From Candidatus Puniceispirillaceae bacterium (lineage in GTDB: Bacteria > Pseudomonadota > Alphaproteobacteria > Puniceispirillales > Puniceispirillaceae), in the NCBI GenBank assembly GCA_965658285.1, contig CBFHRT010000001.1, positions 1 to 46,814 on the forward strand: a stretch of 46,814 nt of DNA. Direction: 5' to 3'. The position numbers and the translations under genes are program-made. Below, piece after piece: positions 1 through 8,495 of this stretch; position 1 is the first letter of the stretch, and every line of letters starts with the position of its first letter. Under the pieces are notes generated by a model. It did no database searches. It worked only from the letters and a program-made list of their open reading frames with translations, and was not told the origin of the DNA.

Positions 1-118
1 GGATGAACAGCTCGCGCCAGGATGACCGGCTGTCGATGGCCGGCGCCAGAAGCGCCTTCATATCCGCCGACATCGCCGGGCCGCCAGATCGTGCCGGGGA
101 TCGCGTCGCGTCGCTCAT
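1..118 (-). CDS. N-terminus of probable ABC transporter permease (truncated by window edge)
   Basis: ATG at 118-116 overlaps the ATPase stop (ATGA coupling); frame is open to the window edge (MSDATRSPARSGGPAMSPDMKALLAPAIDSRSSWRELFI...). Permease identity is inferred from position after the ATPase. Confidence 0.6.
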   Translation of the reverse strand, partial: MSDATRSPARSGGPAMSADMKALLAPAIDSRSSWRELFI

Positions 119-1674
119 GCCGCATCCCCCCTTCTTTTATCCAGGCTTTCACCCCGGCCTTCATCCCGGCTGACGCCGGCCATGGCAAGCCCGATGGCAT
201 TGCGGTCGGCACCGGCGCCCCGGTTGTCGAATTCGGCCGCGATCCGGCCCTCGAACATCACATAGATCCTGTCCGAAAGGTCGAGAATCTCGTCAAGTTC
301 AGAGGAAATGATCAGCACCGCATTGCCTTCGTCGCGGCAGGCAATGAGCTGTTGGTGGATATATTCGATCGAGCCGACATCGACGCCGCGAGTCGGCTGC
401 GAGGCCACGATCAGCTTGACGTCACGCTCCAGCTCGCGCGCCACCACCATCTTCTGCTGATTGCCGCCCGACAGGCTGCCGGCGCCAAGAAACACGCTAG
501 GTGTGCGGACATCATAGCTGAGGCACGCCGCGGCGGCGCGGGCATGCACCCGTCGCCAGTCAATCTGCACGCCGGAGGTGACGTTTTCGTCGTAATAGCT
601 GTTCAGCACCATATTCTCGGCGACGGTGAATTTGCCGACCATCCCCGATTTGTGACGATCCTCGGGAATGTGCGCGATTCCCATACGGTGGCGCTGGCGG
701 ACGCTGGCGCGGGTGATGTCCTCTCCGGCAAAGCCGATCGCACCTGTGGTTACAGGCGACAGCCCGGTAATGGCCTCGACAAGCTCGGTCTGACCGTTGC
801 CCTGGACACCGGCAATGCCGACAACCTCGCCGCCTTGAACCTTCAGGTTGATATCGACAAGACGGGCATCCTGGGCATTGTCGAAAAGACTGACCCCGGC
901 AAGGTCGAGCACGGTGTCACCAGGTGTGGAGTCGCCGCGGTCGACTGAAAAGCTGACCGGTCTGCCAACCATCATCTCGGCAAGGTCGGCTTCGGAGAAT
1001 GTGGCCGGGTCGCCCTGCCCGACAATCTGCCCCTGGCGCAGCACGCTGACCCTGTCGGCGATCTCGAGAATTTCGTGAAGCTTGTGGGTGATGAAGACGA
1101 TGCCCTTGCCGGCGTCGCGAAGCGCCCGCACGATGGCGAAAAATTCCTCGACCTCCTGCGGCGTGAGCACGGCTGTCGGCTCATCGAGGATCAGCACATC
1201 GGCCGATCTGAACAGAACCTTCAGGATTTCGACACGCTGCTGGATGCCAACAGGCAGATCCTCGATCAGCGCGTCGGTCGGCACTTCCATGCCGTAGCGT
1301 GTGTTGATGTCCTGGACCTGGGTGCGTGCCGCCGCCAGATCCAGAAAGTCGGCGCCGGATGTCGGTTCGACGCCGAGGATCACATTCTCGACGACGCTGA
1401 AAACCGGCACCAGCATGAAATGCTGATGCACCATGCCGATGCCGCTGGCGATGCTGTCGCCGGGGCCGGTGAATTCCACCGCCGTGCCATCAATGAGAAT
1501 CTCGCCGGAATCCGCGCTGTAGAGTCCGGACAGAATGTTCATCAGGGTTGATTTGCCGGCCCCGTTCTCGCCAAGAAGGCCAAGCACCTCACCGGCGCGG
1601 ATGTCCAGGTTGATATCCTGGTTGGCCTGTACCGGGCCGAAACGCTTGCTGATGCCGCGCAGTTCGATATCCAT
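115..1674 (-). CDS. Nucleoside/sugar (CUT2-type) ABC transporter ATP-binding protein with two ABC domains
   Basis: Walker A GENGAGKST, GMVHQHFMLV, LILDEPT, degenerate second Walker A GVQGNGQT, LSGGNQQK, QPTRGVDVGS. Start taken at MDIELRGISKRFG. Confidence 0.93.
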   Translation of the reverse strand: MDIELRGISKRFGPVQANQDINLDIRAGEVLGLLGENGAGKSTLMNILSGLYSADSGEILIDGTAVEFTGPGDSIASGIGMVHQHFMLVPVFSVVENVILGVEPTSGADFLDLAAARTQVQDINTRYGMEVPTDALIEDLPVGIQQRVEILKVLFRSADVLILDEPTAVLTPQEVEEFFAIVRALRDAGKGIVFITHKLHEILEIADRVSVLRQGQIVGQGDPATFSEADLAEMMVGRPVSFSVDRGDSTPGDTVLDLAGVSLFDNAQDARLVDINLKVQGGEVVGIAGVQGNGQTELVEAITGLSPVTTGAIGFAGEDITRASVRQRHRMGIAHIPEDRHKSGMVGKFTVAENMVLNSYYDENVTSGVQIDWRRVHARAAAACLSYDVRTPSVFLGAGSLSGGNQQKMVVARELERDVKLIVASQPTRGVDVGSIEYIHQQLIACRDEGNAVLIISSELDEILDLSDRIYVMFEGRIAAEFDNRGAGADRNAIGLAMAGVSRDEGRGESLDKRRGDAA

Positions 1675-1688
1675 GAAAACCGGCTCAC

Positions 1689-1730
1689 AAAAAAAACCCC
1701 GTTGCCCCCTGATCACAAGGGGGCAACGGG
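1689..1730 (-). terminator. Intrinsic terminator-like hairpin between the binding-protein and ATPase genes
   Basis: Perfect 13-bp stem (1698-1710/1718-1730, CCCGTTGCCCCCT) with 7-nt loop, followed on the minus strand by T8 (A8 at 1689-1696 on plus). Confidence 0.85.
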
Positions 1731-1742
1731 TATGTTAGGGGA

Positions 1743-2768
1743 TCAGCCACCGACGTTGATTGAACCGGCGATAATGCCTGCCCGGATTGTATCTACCTCG
1801 GCCTTCAAGGCTGCCGGAACGGCGCTGTCGAAGCTGTGATATGGCGCGATGCCAACACCGTCATTGCCAAGTGTACCGACAATCATGCCGCCCTCGAATG
1901 TGCCATCCATGGCCTGCTTGATGACCTGCATGACGGTCGAGTCCATACGCTTCAGGACGGAGGTGAGGTAAACACCGGGATTGTTGGTGTCCTTGACTTC
2001 CATGTCTGCGTCCACGCCAACGATCTTCAGGGCGTCAGGACCGAGTTCGGTTGCAAGCGCGGCTGACCCGAGCCCAACCGGGCCGGCCACCGGCATCACG
2101 ATGTCGGCGCCCTCATCATAGAGGTTCTGGGCAAAGGCGCGGCCATCATCAAGGCTTTCGAAATTACCGGTGAAAAGGCCTTCCTTGCTTTCCGGGTTCC
2201 AGCCAAGAAGCTGAACATTGGTGCCCTTCTGGCTGTTATGATAGGCAATACCGTAATAGAAGCCGTCCATGAAGGCCGTCACTGGCGGGATGTTGATGCC
2301 GCCAAAGGTGCCGACGATACCTGTCTTGGACATGCCTGCCGAAATATAACCGGCCAGGAAGGCTGCCTCGTTGGTTGCGTAAACCTGACCAAGAACATTC
2401 GGAATGGTCGGGTTGTAAGCCATGTCGACGATCGAGTATTTCGCGTCCGGATTGGCGCCTGCCGAAGTGGCCGTAGCATCAGCCATCAGGAAGCCGACAG
2501 AAATGATGATGTCACATTTTGCATCGAGCAGTGCGTTGAGGTTTGGTTCGTAGTCCGTTTCCGACTGTGATTCCAGATAACGGCCTTCGATACCATAGGC
2601 TTTCATGGAATCCTGAACACCCTTCCAGGCAGTTTCGTTGAAGCCAGAATCATCAATACCGCCAACATCTGTCACCTGGCAGGCCGTGAACGCCGAAGCG
2701 CCGCCGGCCGAGGCGAGCATGAATGCCGCCGTGATGCTTGTAGTCAGTGCAGCCTTTTTCATAAACAT
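1743..2768 (-). CDS. BMP/PnrA-family ABC substrate-binding protein (nucleoside/purine binding)
   Basis: DVGGIDDSGFNETAWKG, EAAFLAGY, AGPVGLG, VGVDAD and SVLKRMD motifs of the BMP family; Sec signal peptide ending ASA; GGGAG RBS upstream. Confidence 0.9.
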   Translation of the reverse strand: MFMKKAALTTSITAAFMLASAGGASAFTACQVTDVGGIDDSGFNETAWKGVQDSMKAYGIEGRYLESQSETDYEPNLNALLDAKCDIIISVGFLMADATATSAGANPDAKYSIVDMAYNPTIPNVLGQVYATNEAAFLAGYISAGMSKTGIVGTFGGINIPPVTAFMDGFYYGIAYHNSQKGTNVQLLGWNPESKEGLFTGNFESLDDGRAFAQNLYDEGADIVMPVAGPVGLGSAALATELGPDALKIVGVDADMEVKDTNNPGVYLTSVLKRMDSTVMQVIKQAMDGTFEGGMIVGTLGNDGVGIAPYHSFDSAVPAALKAEVDTIRAGIIAGSINVGG

Positions 2769-2887
2769 GTTCTCAATCTCCCGTTTCTCTGAAGCTCGTG
2801 ACGCGGGTCACGCCTCCCATGTGATGAAACACCGGATCCCGGCGTTGTTCACCTGTATCGATTCGTATCCTGTTTTGGCGATACAGT

Positions 2888-2921
2888 CTATTTGCTTTGC
2901 ATGGCTATTTGCTTTGCATGG
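2888..2921. repeat. Perfect 17-bp tandem duplication CTATTTGCTTTGCATGG x2
   Basis: Read directly: 2888-2904 and 2905-2921. Confidence 0.95.
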
Positions 2922-2940
2922 CCATGTGCCTGTTTGGCGC

Positions 2941-3771
2941 CTATTTGAGGCCGATTTCCTTCAGTCTGCGCTGCAGATACTGATCCGCCGTCACGTCGGG
3001 ACGCAGTGGGGCGTCCGGGCGCGGATGCAGAAACATCGGCATTGAATAGCGGGACACGTTCTGACCGTTGTCTGGATTGGTGACACGGTGCGTTGTCGAA
3101 GGGAAGTAATTGTCCGTCGCCATCGCCAGCATGTCGCCATTATTGATCGTGATCATGCCGGGGTCGCAGGCAATGTCGTGCCAGCCCCCATCGGCATCGC
3201 GCGCCTGCAGGCCGGGTTTCGAGCCAGACAGCAGCAGCGTAATCAGATTGATATCCTCATGCGCGGCGGCGCGGATGGCGTCCGGTTCGGCATTTTCAAC
3301 CGGCGGATAATGCAGGATCCGCAGCAAGCTCTGGTCGCTGCCCTCCATCATGTCGCCAAGCGGCATTGTCAGATTGTCGGTGACGCTGGCCGGCGCCTGG
3401 CCTTCAATCCAGCCAAGAAGCTCACGCCCCAGCGAGTCCAGATCGGCATAGATCTGCCGCGTCAGATCATCCAGCTCATCGGGAAGCTGGCAGCCGGGAT
3501 AGACATGGAAGAACTCCTTCAGATCCTTCACCGCCGAATCCTTGGCGTTTTCCGAGCGGAAGGCGAAATAGCCATCATGCGCCGGCGGCGTGACAGCAAA
3601 GTCGAACTTGTCCTCGCCGGCAAAGAACCGGCCCCAGGCGTCATAGACGGCGTCGATCCGCTCCGGCGTTATCGGATGGTTCGCCAGCACCGCGAATCCG
3701 GTGTCGCGAAGCGATCTCTCAAGCGTCTCGGCGGCGTCTGCCGCCCTGTAATCAACGGTTTCGACCTGCAT
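2941..3771 (-). CDS. 2-oxoglutarate/Fe(II)-dependent dioxygenase, isopenicillin N synthase-like family
   Basis: HxD...H facial triad (AHEDINLITLL ... TTHRV), RxS 2OG-binding motif (RYSMP), DIOX_N-like start (SLRDTGFAVL); GGAG RBS before ATG 3771. Confidence 0.88.
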   Translation of the reverse strand: MQVETVDYRAADAAETLERSLRDTGFAVLANHPITPERIDAVYDAWGRFFAGEDKFDFAVTPPAHDGYFAFRSENAKDSAVKDLKEFFHVYPGCQLPDELDDLTRQIYADLDSLGRELLGWIEGQAPASVTDNLTMPLGDMMEGSDQSLLRILHYPPVENAEPDAIRAAAHEDINLITLLLSGSKPGLQARDADGGWHDIACDPGMITINNGDMLAMATDNYFPSTTHRVTNPDNGQNVSRYSMPMFLHPRPDAPLRPDVTADQYLQRRLKEIGLK

Positions 3772-3772
3772 G

Positions 3773-4780
3773 TCAGCTCCCTGTAATCCTGTCCTGTGAA
3801 GTGGTCTTGGTATGGCGGCGCGTGGCCGCGCGGTCATCGGCTGTCATCATCACCTCCATGAACCGCGCGCGGGCGGCAGCCGAATCAACCCGCATTGCCA
3901 CCGATACATCACGGCGTCCGGTGCCGCCGGCGACGGTGCGTCCGATCTCCGCCCCGTCGCAGACGACCGACATCGGCATGGCTTCGAAACCGAACAGATG
4001 CGGATCGGTGATGGCCAGAATGGCAGATGGATCATGCATGAAGCAAATCCGCTCGCCAAGCTTGGCCTCGTGAAAATCGAAATAGAACGCGGTGGCGGCG
4101 CTCAGAAACCCGCCGATGCCGGGTGCCTGCGCCGCGATCGCGGCAAAATCCTGCGGGGTGCACCGGGTTTTCTCGGTGACGTCCAGCCCGACCATGGTGA
4201 CATCCCAATCGGCGGCGAAGACACGGTCGGCGGCGTCGGGATCATTCCAGATATTGGCCTCGGCGCAGTCGGTTACATTGCCATGCCGGGCGGCGCTGCC
4301 GCCCATCACGACGACACGTCCGGCATTCCTTGCAATGGCAGGGTCATGTTCAAGCGCCGCCGCCAGATTTGTCAGCGGCCCGACGGCGCAGATGATGATT
4401 TCCCCCGGTGCGGCGGCACAGCGTTCGCACAGATAGGTTGCCGCGCTTCGCGGGTCGGCGGCGCGGCCTGGCGTCGGTGCCGGCAGGCTGCCGAAACCCT
4501 CCGGCCCATGAACGAAATCCGCCGGTGGTTCCGGGGCGCGGCGCAGTGGGACCGGCGCGCCGCCGGCCACAACCGCCGAATGACCGGCCATCTCGGCAAG
4601 ATAGAGGGCGTTGCGGGTCGCCCTTGTGGCGGTGACATTGCCGAAGATCGTGGTCAGCCCCACCACTTCGAGGCGGGGGTCGGCGAAGGCCTGGTGAATG
4701 GCCATCGCATCATCGATCCCGGGATCGGTGTCGATGATGATCTTCTGCGGTGCGGGTCCGTGCATCGGGTTCAACCCCAT
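3773..4780 (-). CDS. Nucleoside hydrolase (inosine-uridine preferring, IUNH family)
   Basis: DTDPGIDD Ca2+/ribose motif, GN, VHG, GPLTNLA, MGG, AEANIWNDP, GLDVT, HDP. Confidence 0.93.
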   Translation of the reverse strand: MGLNPMHGPAPQKIIIDTDPGIDDAMAIHQAFADPRLEVVGLTTIFGNVTATRATRNALYLAEMAGHSAVVAGGAPVPLRRAPEPPADFVHGPEGFGSLPAPTPGRAADPRSAATYLCERCAAAPGEIIICAVGPLTNLAAALEHDPAIARNAGRVVVMGGSAARHGNVTDCAEANIWNDPDAADRVFAADWDVTMVGLDVTEKTRCTPQDFAAIAAQAPGIGGFLSAATAFYFDFHEAKLGERICFMHDPSAILAITDPHLFGFEAMPMSVVCDGAEIGRTVAGGTGRRDVSVAMRVDSAAARARFMEVMMTADDRAATRRHTKTTSQDRITGS

Positions 4781-4783
4781 AAA

Positions 4784-5674
4784 TCAAACATTGGAGGCCA
4801 GAACATCGGAAGACAGACATCCATCTACCGCGGCGCGTGTCGGGATGGCCGCGGCGGCGCCGTGATGCGTGACCTGCAGGGCCGCTGCCGCACTGGCGAG
4901 GCGAAGCGATGACGCCATGTCCCCGCCCCCGGCGATTCCGGCCAGAAGATAGCCGAAGAAACAGTCGCCCGCACCGGTGGTATCGACCGGTGTTACCTCG
5001 AAGGCCGGCTGGTGAAGGCTGCCGTCCGCGCCATAATAGTCAGCGCCGTCGCGGCCTTTCGTGACGACGAGATGCGGGAGTCCCGCCGTCGCCGCCGGCC
5101 TGCCCAGCATCTCGGTCAGCGCCGCCGCCTCGACCTCATTGACCACCAGAAGGTCGGTATATGGCAGCAATCGGGCTGTTACCCCGGCGTCGAAGGGCGC
5201 CGCGCTATAGGCAATCTTCAGGCCGCGCGCCCGCGCCGCCGCGACAAATTCATCGGCGCCGCATGTTTCATTCTGCAGCAGCGCCCAGTCGGCCGCTTTC
5301 GCCCCGTCGAGAACGGCAATGGCCTCGCCCATGTCGATGGCATGGTTGGCGCCCGGCCACAGCAGAATTTGGTTCTCGCCATCGCGTGATACCGAAACAA
5401 CGGCATGGCCAGTGGCGGTATCTGATGTCTGGATGGCACTGATGTCGACGCCGGCCGCACGCATTTCGTCGCGAATCCAGCCATCCTCGGCATGCGTCGC
5501 GCCGATATGAACCACCGTGCCGCCAGCGCGGGCCAGGGCGATTGACTGGTTCGTTCCCTTGCCGCCAAGCATGCGCCGGTACTCCAGCGTTGTCAGCGTT
5601 TCTCCCGGTGCCGGAAAATGCGGCACGGTGTAGACAAGGTCGATATTGATGGAGCCAAGATTGAAGACTGTCAT
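4784..5674 (-). CDS. rbsK: Ribokinase (PfkB family)
   Basis: GSINIDLV..P.PGET, GGKGTNQ, NEVE, DTTGAGDCF. Start taken at MTVFNLG. Confidence 0.85.
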   Translation of the reverse strand: MTVFNLGSINIDLVYTVPHFPAPGETLTTLEYRRMLGGKGTNQSIALARAGGTVVHIGATHAEDGWIRDEMRAAGVDISAIQTSDTATGHAVVSVSRDGENQILLWPGANHAIDMGEAIAVLDGAKAADWALLQNETCGADEFVAAARARGLKIAYSAAPFDAGVTARLLPYTDLLVVNEVEAAALTEMLGRPAATAGLPHLVVTKGRDGADYYGADGSLHQPAFEVTPVDTTGAGDCFFGYLLAGIAGGGDMASSLRLASAAAALQVTHHGAAAAIPTRAAVDGCLSSDVLASNV

Positions 5675-5805
5675 TGCCACAGCATAGTCATTGTCACAGC
5701 AGAGGGGAAATTGCACCTTCGACAACATTAGGGCAATCTTGACCGTGGTCCAGAACTTTCCCCCCGGAACCCTTACCCGAGATGTCACACGGAGACAGCG
5801 ATCCC

Positions 5806-6465
5806 ATGACGCGATCCCGCAAGATGAAACTGGCGTATATCGAGGACTGCTTCACGCGCCTCTCCGCCGTCCTTCCCGAGCCGAAGACCGAGCTTGATTA
5901 TCGCGACCCCTATACATTGCTGGTCGCCGTGGTGCTGTCGGCGCAGGCCACCGATGTCGGCGTCAACCGGGCCACGAAGGGGCTGTATGCAGCGGCAGAC
6001 ACACCGCAGGCGATGGTCGATCTGGGGGTTGACGGCATCGCGCACCACATCCGCACCATCGGCCTGTTCAATACCAAGGCGAAGAATGTTCACAGGCTGT
6101 CGGAAATTCTGCTTGAATCGCATGATGGCATCGTGCCGGATGATCGCGCGGCGCTAGAGGCGCTTCCCGGTGTCGGCAGGAAAACGGCGAATGTGGTGCT
6201 GAACGAGGCCTTTGGACACCCGACCATCGCCGTCGACACGCACATCTTCCGGGTTGGCAACCGCACCGGCATGGCGCCCGGCAAGACGCCGGATGCTGTC
6301 GAGGCTGAACTTGTGCGGCGGGTTCCCGATGCCTGGAAAAAGGGCGCGCATCACTGGCTGATCCTGCATGGACGCTATGTCTGCAAGGCCCGCAAACCGG
6401 AATGCTGGCGCTGCGCCATCACCGAATTCTGCAACTACAAGGACAAGACACCGTCAGATGGCTGA
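5806..6465 (+). CDS. nth: Endonuclease III
   Basis: LVAVVLSAQATDVGVN, HhH motif LPGVGRKTANVV, AVDTH, and the [4Fe-4S] motif C-x6-C-x2-C-x5-C. Start could be 5782. Confidence 0.96.
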   Translation: MTRSRKMKLAYIEDCFTRLSAVLPEPKTELDYRDPYTLLVAVVLSAQATDVGVNRATKGLYAAADTPQAMVDLGVDGIAHHIRTIGLFNTKAKNVHRLSEILLESHDGIVPDDRAALEALPGVGRKTANVVLNEAFGHPTIAVDTHIFRVGNRTGMAPGKTPDAVEAELVRRVPDAWKKGAHHWLILHGRYVCKARKPECWRCAITEFCNYKDKTPSDG

Positions 6466-6481
6466 GCGCCGATAGCTGTGC

Positions 6482-7288
6482 CTAGCTGGCACCATCACGC
6501 CTGGCAAGTCCCCGCCGACAGGCCGTGGCGTCAAGCTGGCCGCCAATCACCGGTGACCGCCACGCCCAGGTGCGCACCGCCGGCGTCGCATCGTCAGGAT
6601 AGATGAAATAGTCAACAATGCAGGCCGGCAACCTGTATTGCCAGGTTTCCACCGGCCCTTCGCGTCGCTTGAAATCAGCCTCGCCAAGACGCGCTCGCAG
6701 GCTGGCCGCGTCAAGCCCGATCAATGATTCGGGGGTCAGTTCAGGCGCTGGCGGCGGCGGCGGCGGTGGAGGTGGAGGTGGTGGAGGTGGTGGTGCGGCC
6801 AGCGCCAGCTTGGTCGTGGTCGGGGCCGCAGTCGGGGCTGGCGCCGCCTCATCGGCGATTTCGCTTTCAGCCGCTCCCGACTCCTCAAGCATCTCGTCCG
6901 GAGCTTCGGCAAGCGTCGCAGCCGACGGCTCGGCTACCGCCGCTACCGGCGTCGCATCCACGGATGCCAATTCTCTGGGCGCCGATTCTACGGGCGACAT
7001 ATTTTCCGGCACCGAGGCTGGCGATGATGGTTCTTCATCATCCGTCGCCAAGGCTGTGGCCGGCGGCGTGACAACTGGTGTCACGGCGGTCTCGATAGCC
7101 GTCTCGATGGTGGGCTCGTCTGCAGCAATATCGGACGCAACGCTTGCTACGGGATCAGGTGCCGGATCGGGTATCTGGATTGGCGTGATCGTCGGTGCGG
7201 TGGCGGGTGTAGCCGTCACAGGTGGCGGCACCTGGCAACCGGCGATGCCAAGAGCCGTGATGGCCGGGATCAGAAAGGCAAACCGCAT
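6482..7288 (-). CDS. Putative lipoprotein with long Ala/Pro/Glu-rich linker, 15-Pro tract and small C-terminal domain
   Basis: MRFAFLIPAITALGIAGC gives a lipobox IAGC; the C-terminal ~85 aa looks globular (LIGLDAASLRARLGEADFKRREGPVETWQY...C...C). Confidence 0.75.
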   Translation of the reverse strand: MRFAFLIPAITALGIAGCQVPPPVTATPATAPTITPIQIPDPAPDPVASVASDIAADEPTIETAIETAVTPVVTPPATALATDDEEPSSPASVPENMSPVESAPRELASVDATPVAAVAEPSAATLAEAPDEMLEESGAAESEIADEAAPAPTAAPTTTKLALAAPPPPPPPPPPPPPPPAPELTPESLIGLDAASLRARLGEADFKRREGPVETWQYRLPACIVDYFIYPDDATPAVRTWAWRSPVIGGQLDATACRRGLARRDGAS

Positions 7289-7349
7289 AACAGGACAGAC
7301 ACCGGGGTTAAGGAATGTGCCCGGCACCTTAGACCAGCCGATGGGCGAA

Positions 7350-7385
7350 GGGCAAACCACTTTCACCGGGCAAACCACTTTCACC
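7350..7385. repeat. Perfect 18-bp tandem duplication GGGCAAACCACTTTCACC x2
   Basis: Read directly: 7350-7367 and 7368-7385, in a divergent intergenic region. Confidence 0.95.
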
Positions 7386-7487
7386 TGGCGGCGCTTCTTC
7401 AGGGGCCGTGTCTTTGTCCTTGCCCTGTTCGCACCTATTCTCTACATCATCGGGCGCAGTTTCCTGTCCTTGAACTTGAGGCTTTTC

Positions 7488-8495
7488 ATGTCATCGCGAA
7501 TTGACGTTCTCGCCGTCGGCAATGCCATTGTCGATATCTTTGCCACCTGTGATGATGCGTTCCTTATCAGACATGGCGTTGGCAAGGGGATGATGAATCT
7601 GGTCGATGCGACACAGTCGGCGGCGCTCTATGCGGCCATTGATGATCCTCGTGAGATTTCTGGCGGGTCGGCGGCGAACACAGCGGTCGGGATTGTCGCG
7701 CTTGGCGGCACGGCCGGGTTTTCAGGACGGATCCATGATGATGAGCTTGGCCACAGCTTCATCCGCGACATTCATGATGCTGGCGTTGTCTTTGGCGCCG
7801 CACCACAGATCAACGGGGCGCCAACCGCATCTTCGATCATTCTGGTGTCCGATGACGCCACGCGGTCGATGAACACCTATCTGGGGGCCTGCATCGAGTT
7901 CAAGCCCGAGGATATCAGGCCCGCGGATGTCGAGGCGGCGCAGGTGATCTATCTTGAAGGGTATCTTTTCGACGCGCCGGCGGGACCTGACATCTTCGCC
8001 TATGCGGCCACGCTTGCCGCCCGCCATGATGTGCGCGTCTCGCTGTCGCTTTCGGACCCCTGGTGCGCCGAACGGCACCGCGAGGCGCTCGGCCGGTTTG
8101 TGCGCGATCATGTCGATATTCTGTTCGCCAATGAACATGAGGCGGAGAGCCTGTGCGACAGCACGGCTGAGGCGGCGATGATCACGCTTTGCGAACAGGT
8201 TGACGAGGCCGTGATCACGCGCGGGGCCGACGGCGCCTTTGTCGGCCATAAGGGTAACCGCCATGATTTCCCGGCGCGCCCGCAAGGCCCCGTTATCGAC
8301 AGCACCGGTGCCGGTGATCTATTTGCCGCCGGCTATCTCTATGGCCGTACAAATGGCCATGATGCGCGCCAGTCCGGCATCATCGCCAGCCTTGCCGCCG
8401 GCGAGGTGATCTCGCATGTCGGGGCGCGGCCGGAAGCCGATATCGCGGCGCTGGTGAAGGCGGAAGGCCTGGAAGATCTCAGCGGCCGGAGCTAG
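7488..8495 (+). CDS. PfkB-family kinase, adenosine kinase-like
   Basis: GNAIVD, GGSAANT, RSMNTYLGA, YLEGYL, DILFANE, DSTGAGDLFAAG; GAGG before ATG 7488. Confidence 0.88.
   Translation: MSSRIDVLAVGNAIVDIFATCDDAFLIRHGVGKGMMNLVDATQSAALYAAIDDPREISGGSAANTAVGIVALGGTAGFSGRIHDDELGHSFIRDIHDAGVVFGAAPQINGAPTASSIILVSDDATRSMNTYLGACIEFKPEDIRPADVEAAQVIYLEGYLFDAPAGPDIFAYAATLAARHDVRVSLSLSDPWCAERHREALGRFVRDHVDILFANEHEAESLCDSTAEAAMITLCEQVDEAVITRGADGAFVGHKGNRHDFPARPQGPVIDSTGAGDLFAAGYLYGRTNGHDARQSGIIASLAAGEVISHVGARPEADIAALVKAEGLEDLSGRS

Noticed and set aside
1743-2768. Lower GC of the binding-protein gene as a sign of horizontal transfer
   Set aside because: No mobility signatures, and the gene fits its operon; high-expression codon usage is a simpler explanation.
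6618-8495. 625-aa ORF appearing to fuse a Gly/Ser/Ala-rich N-terminus to the adenosine kinase
   Set aside because: The extension is the antisense reading of the lipoprotein gene (poly-Gly mirrors poly-Pro). The kinase has its own RBS and ATG at 7488.
8492-8495. 4-nt CTAG overlap of the convergent adenosine kinase and maeB stop codons
   Set aside because: Common in compact bacterial genomes; not informative on its own.
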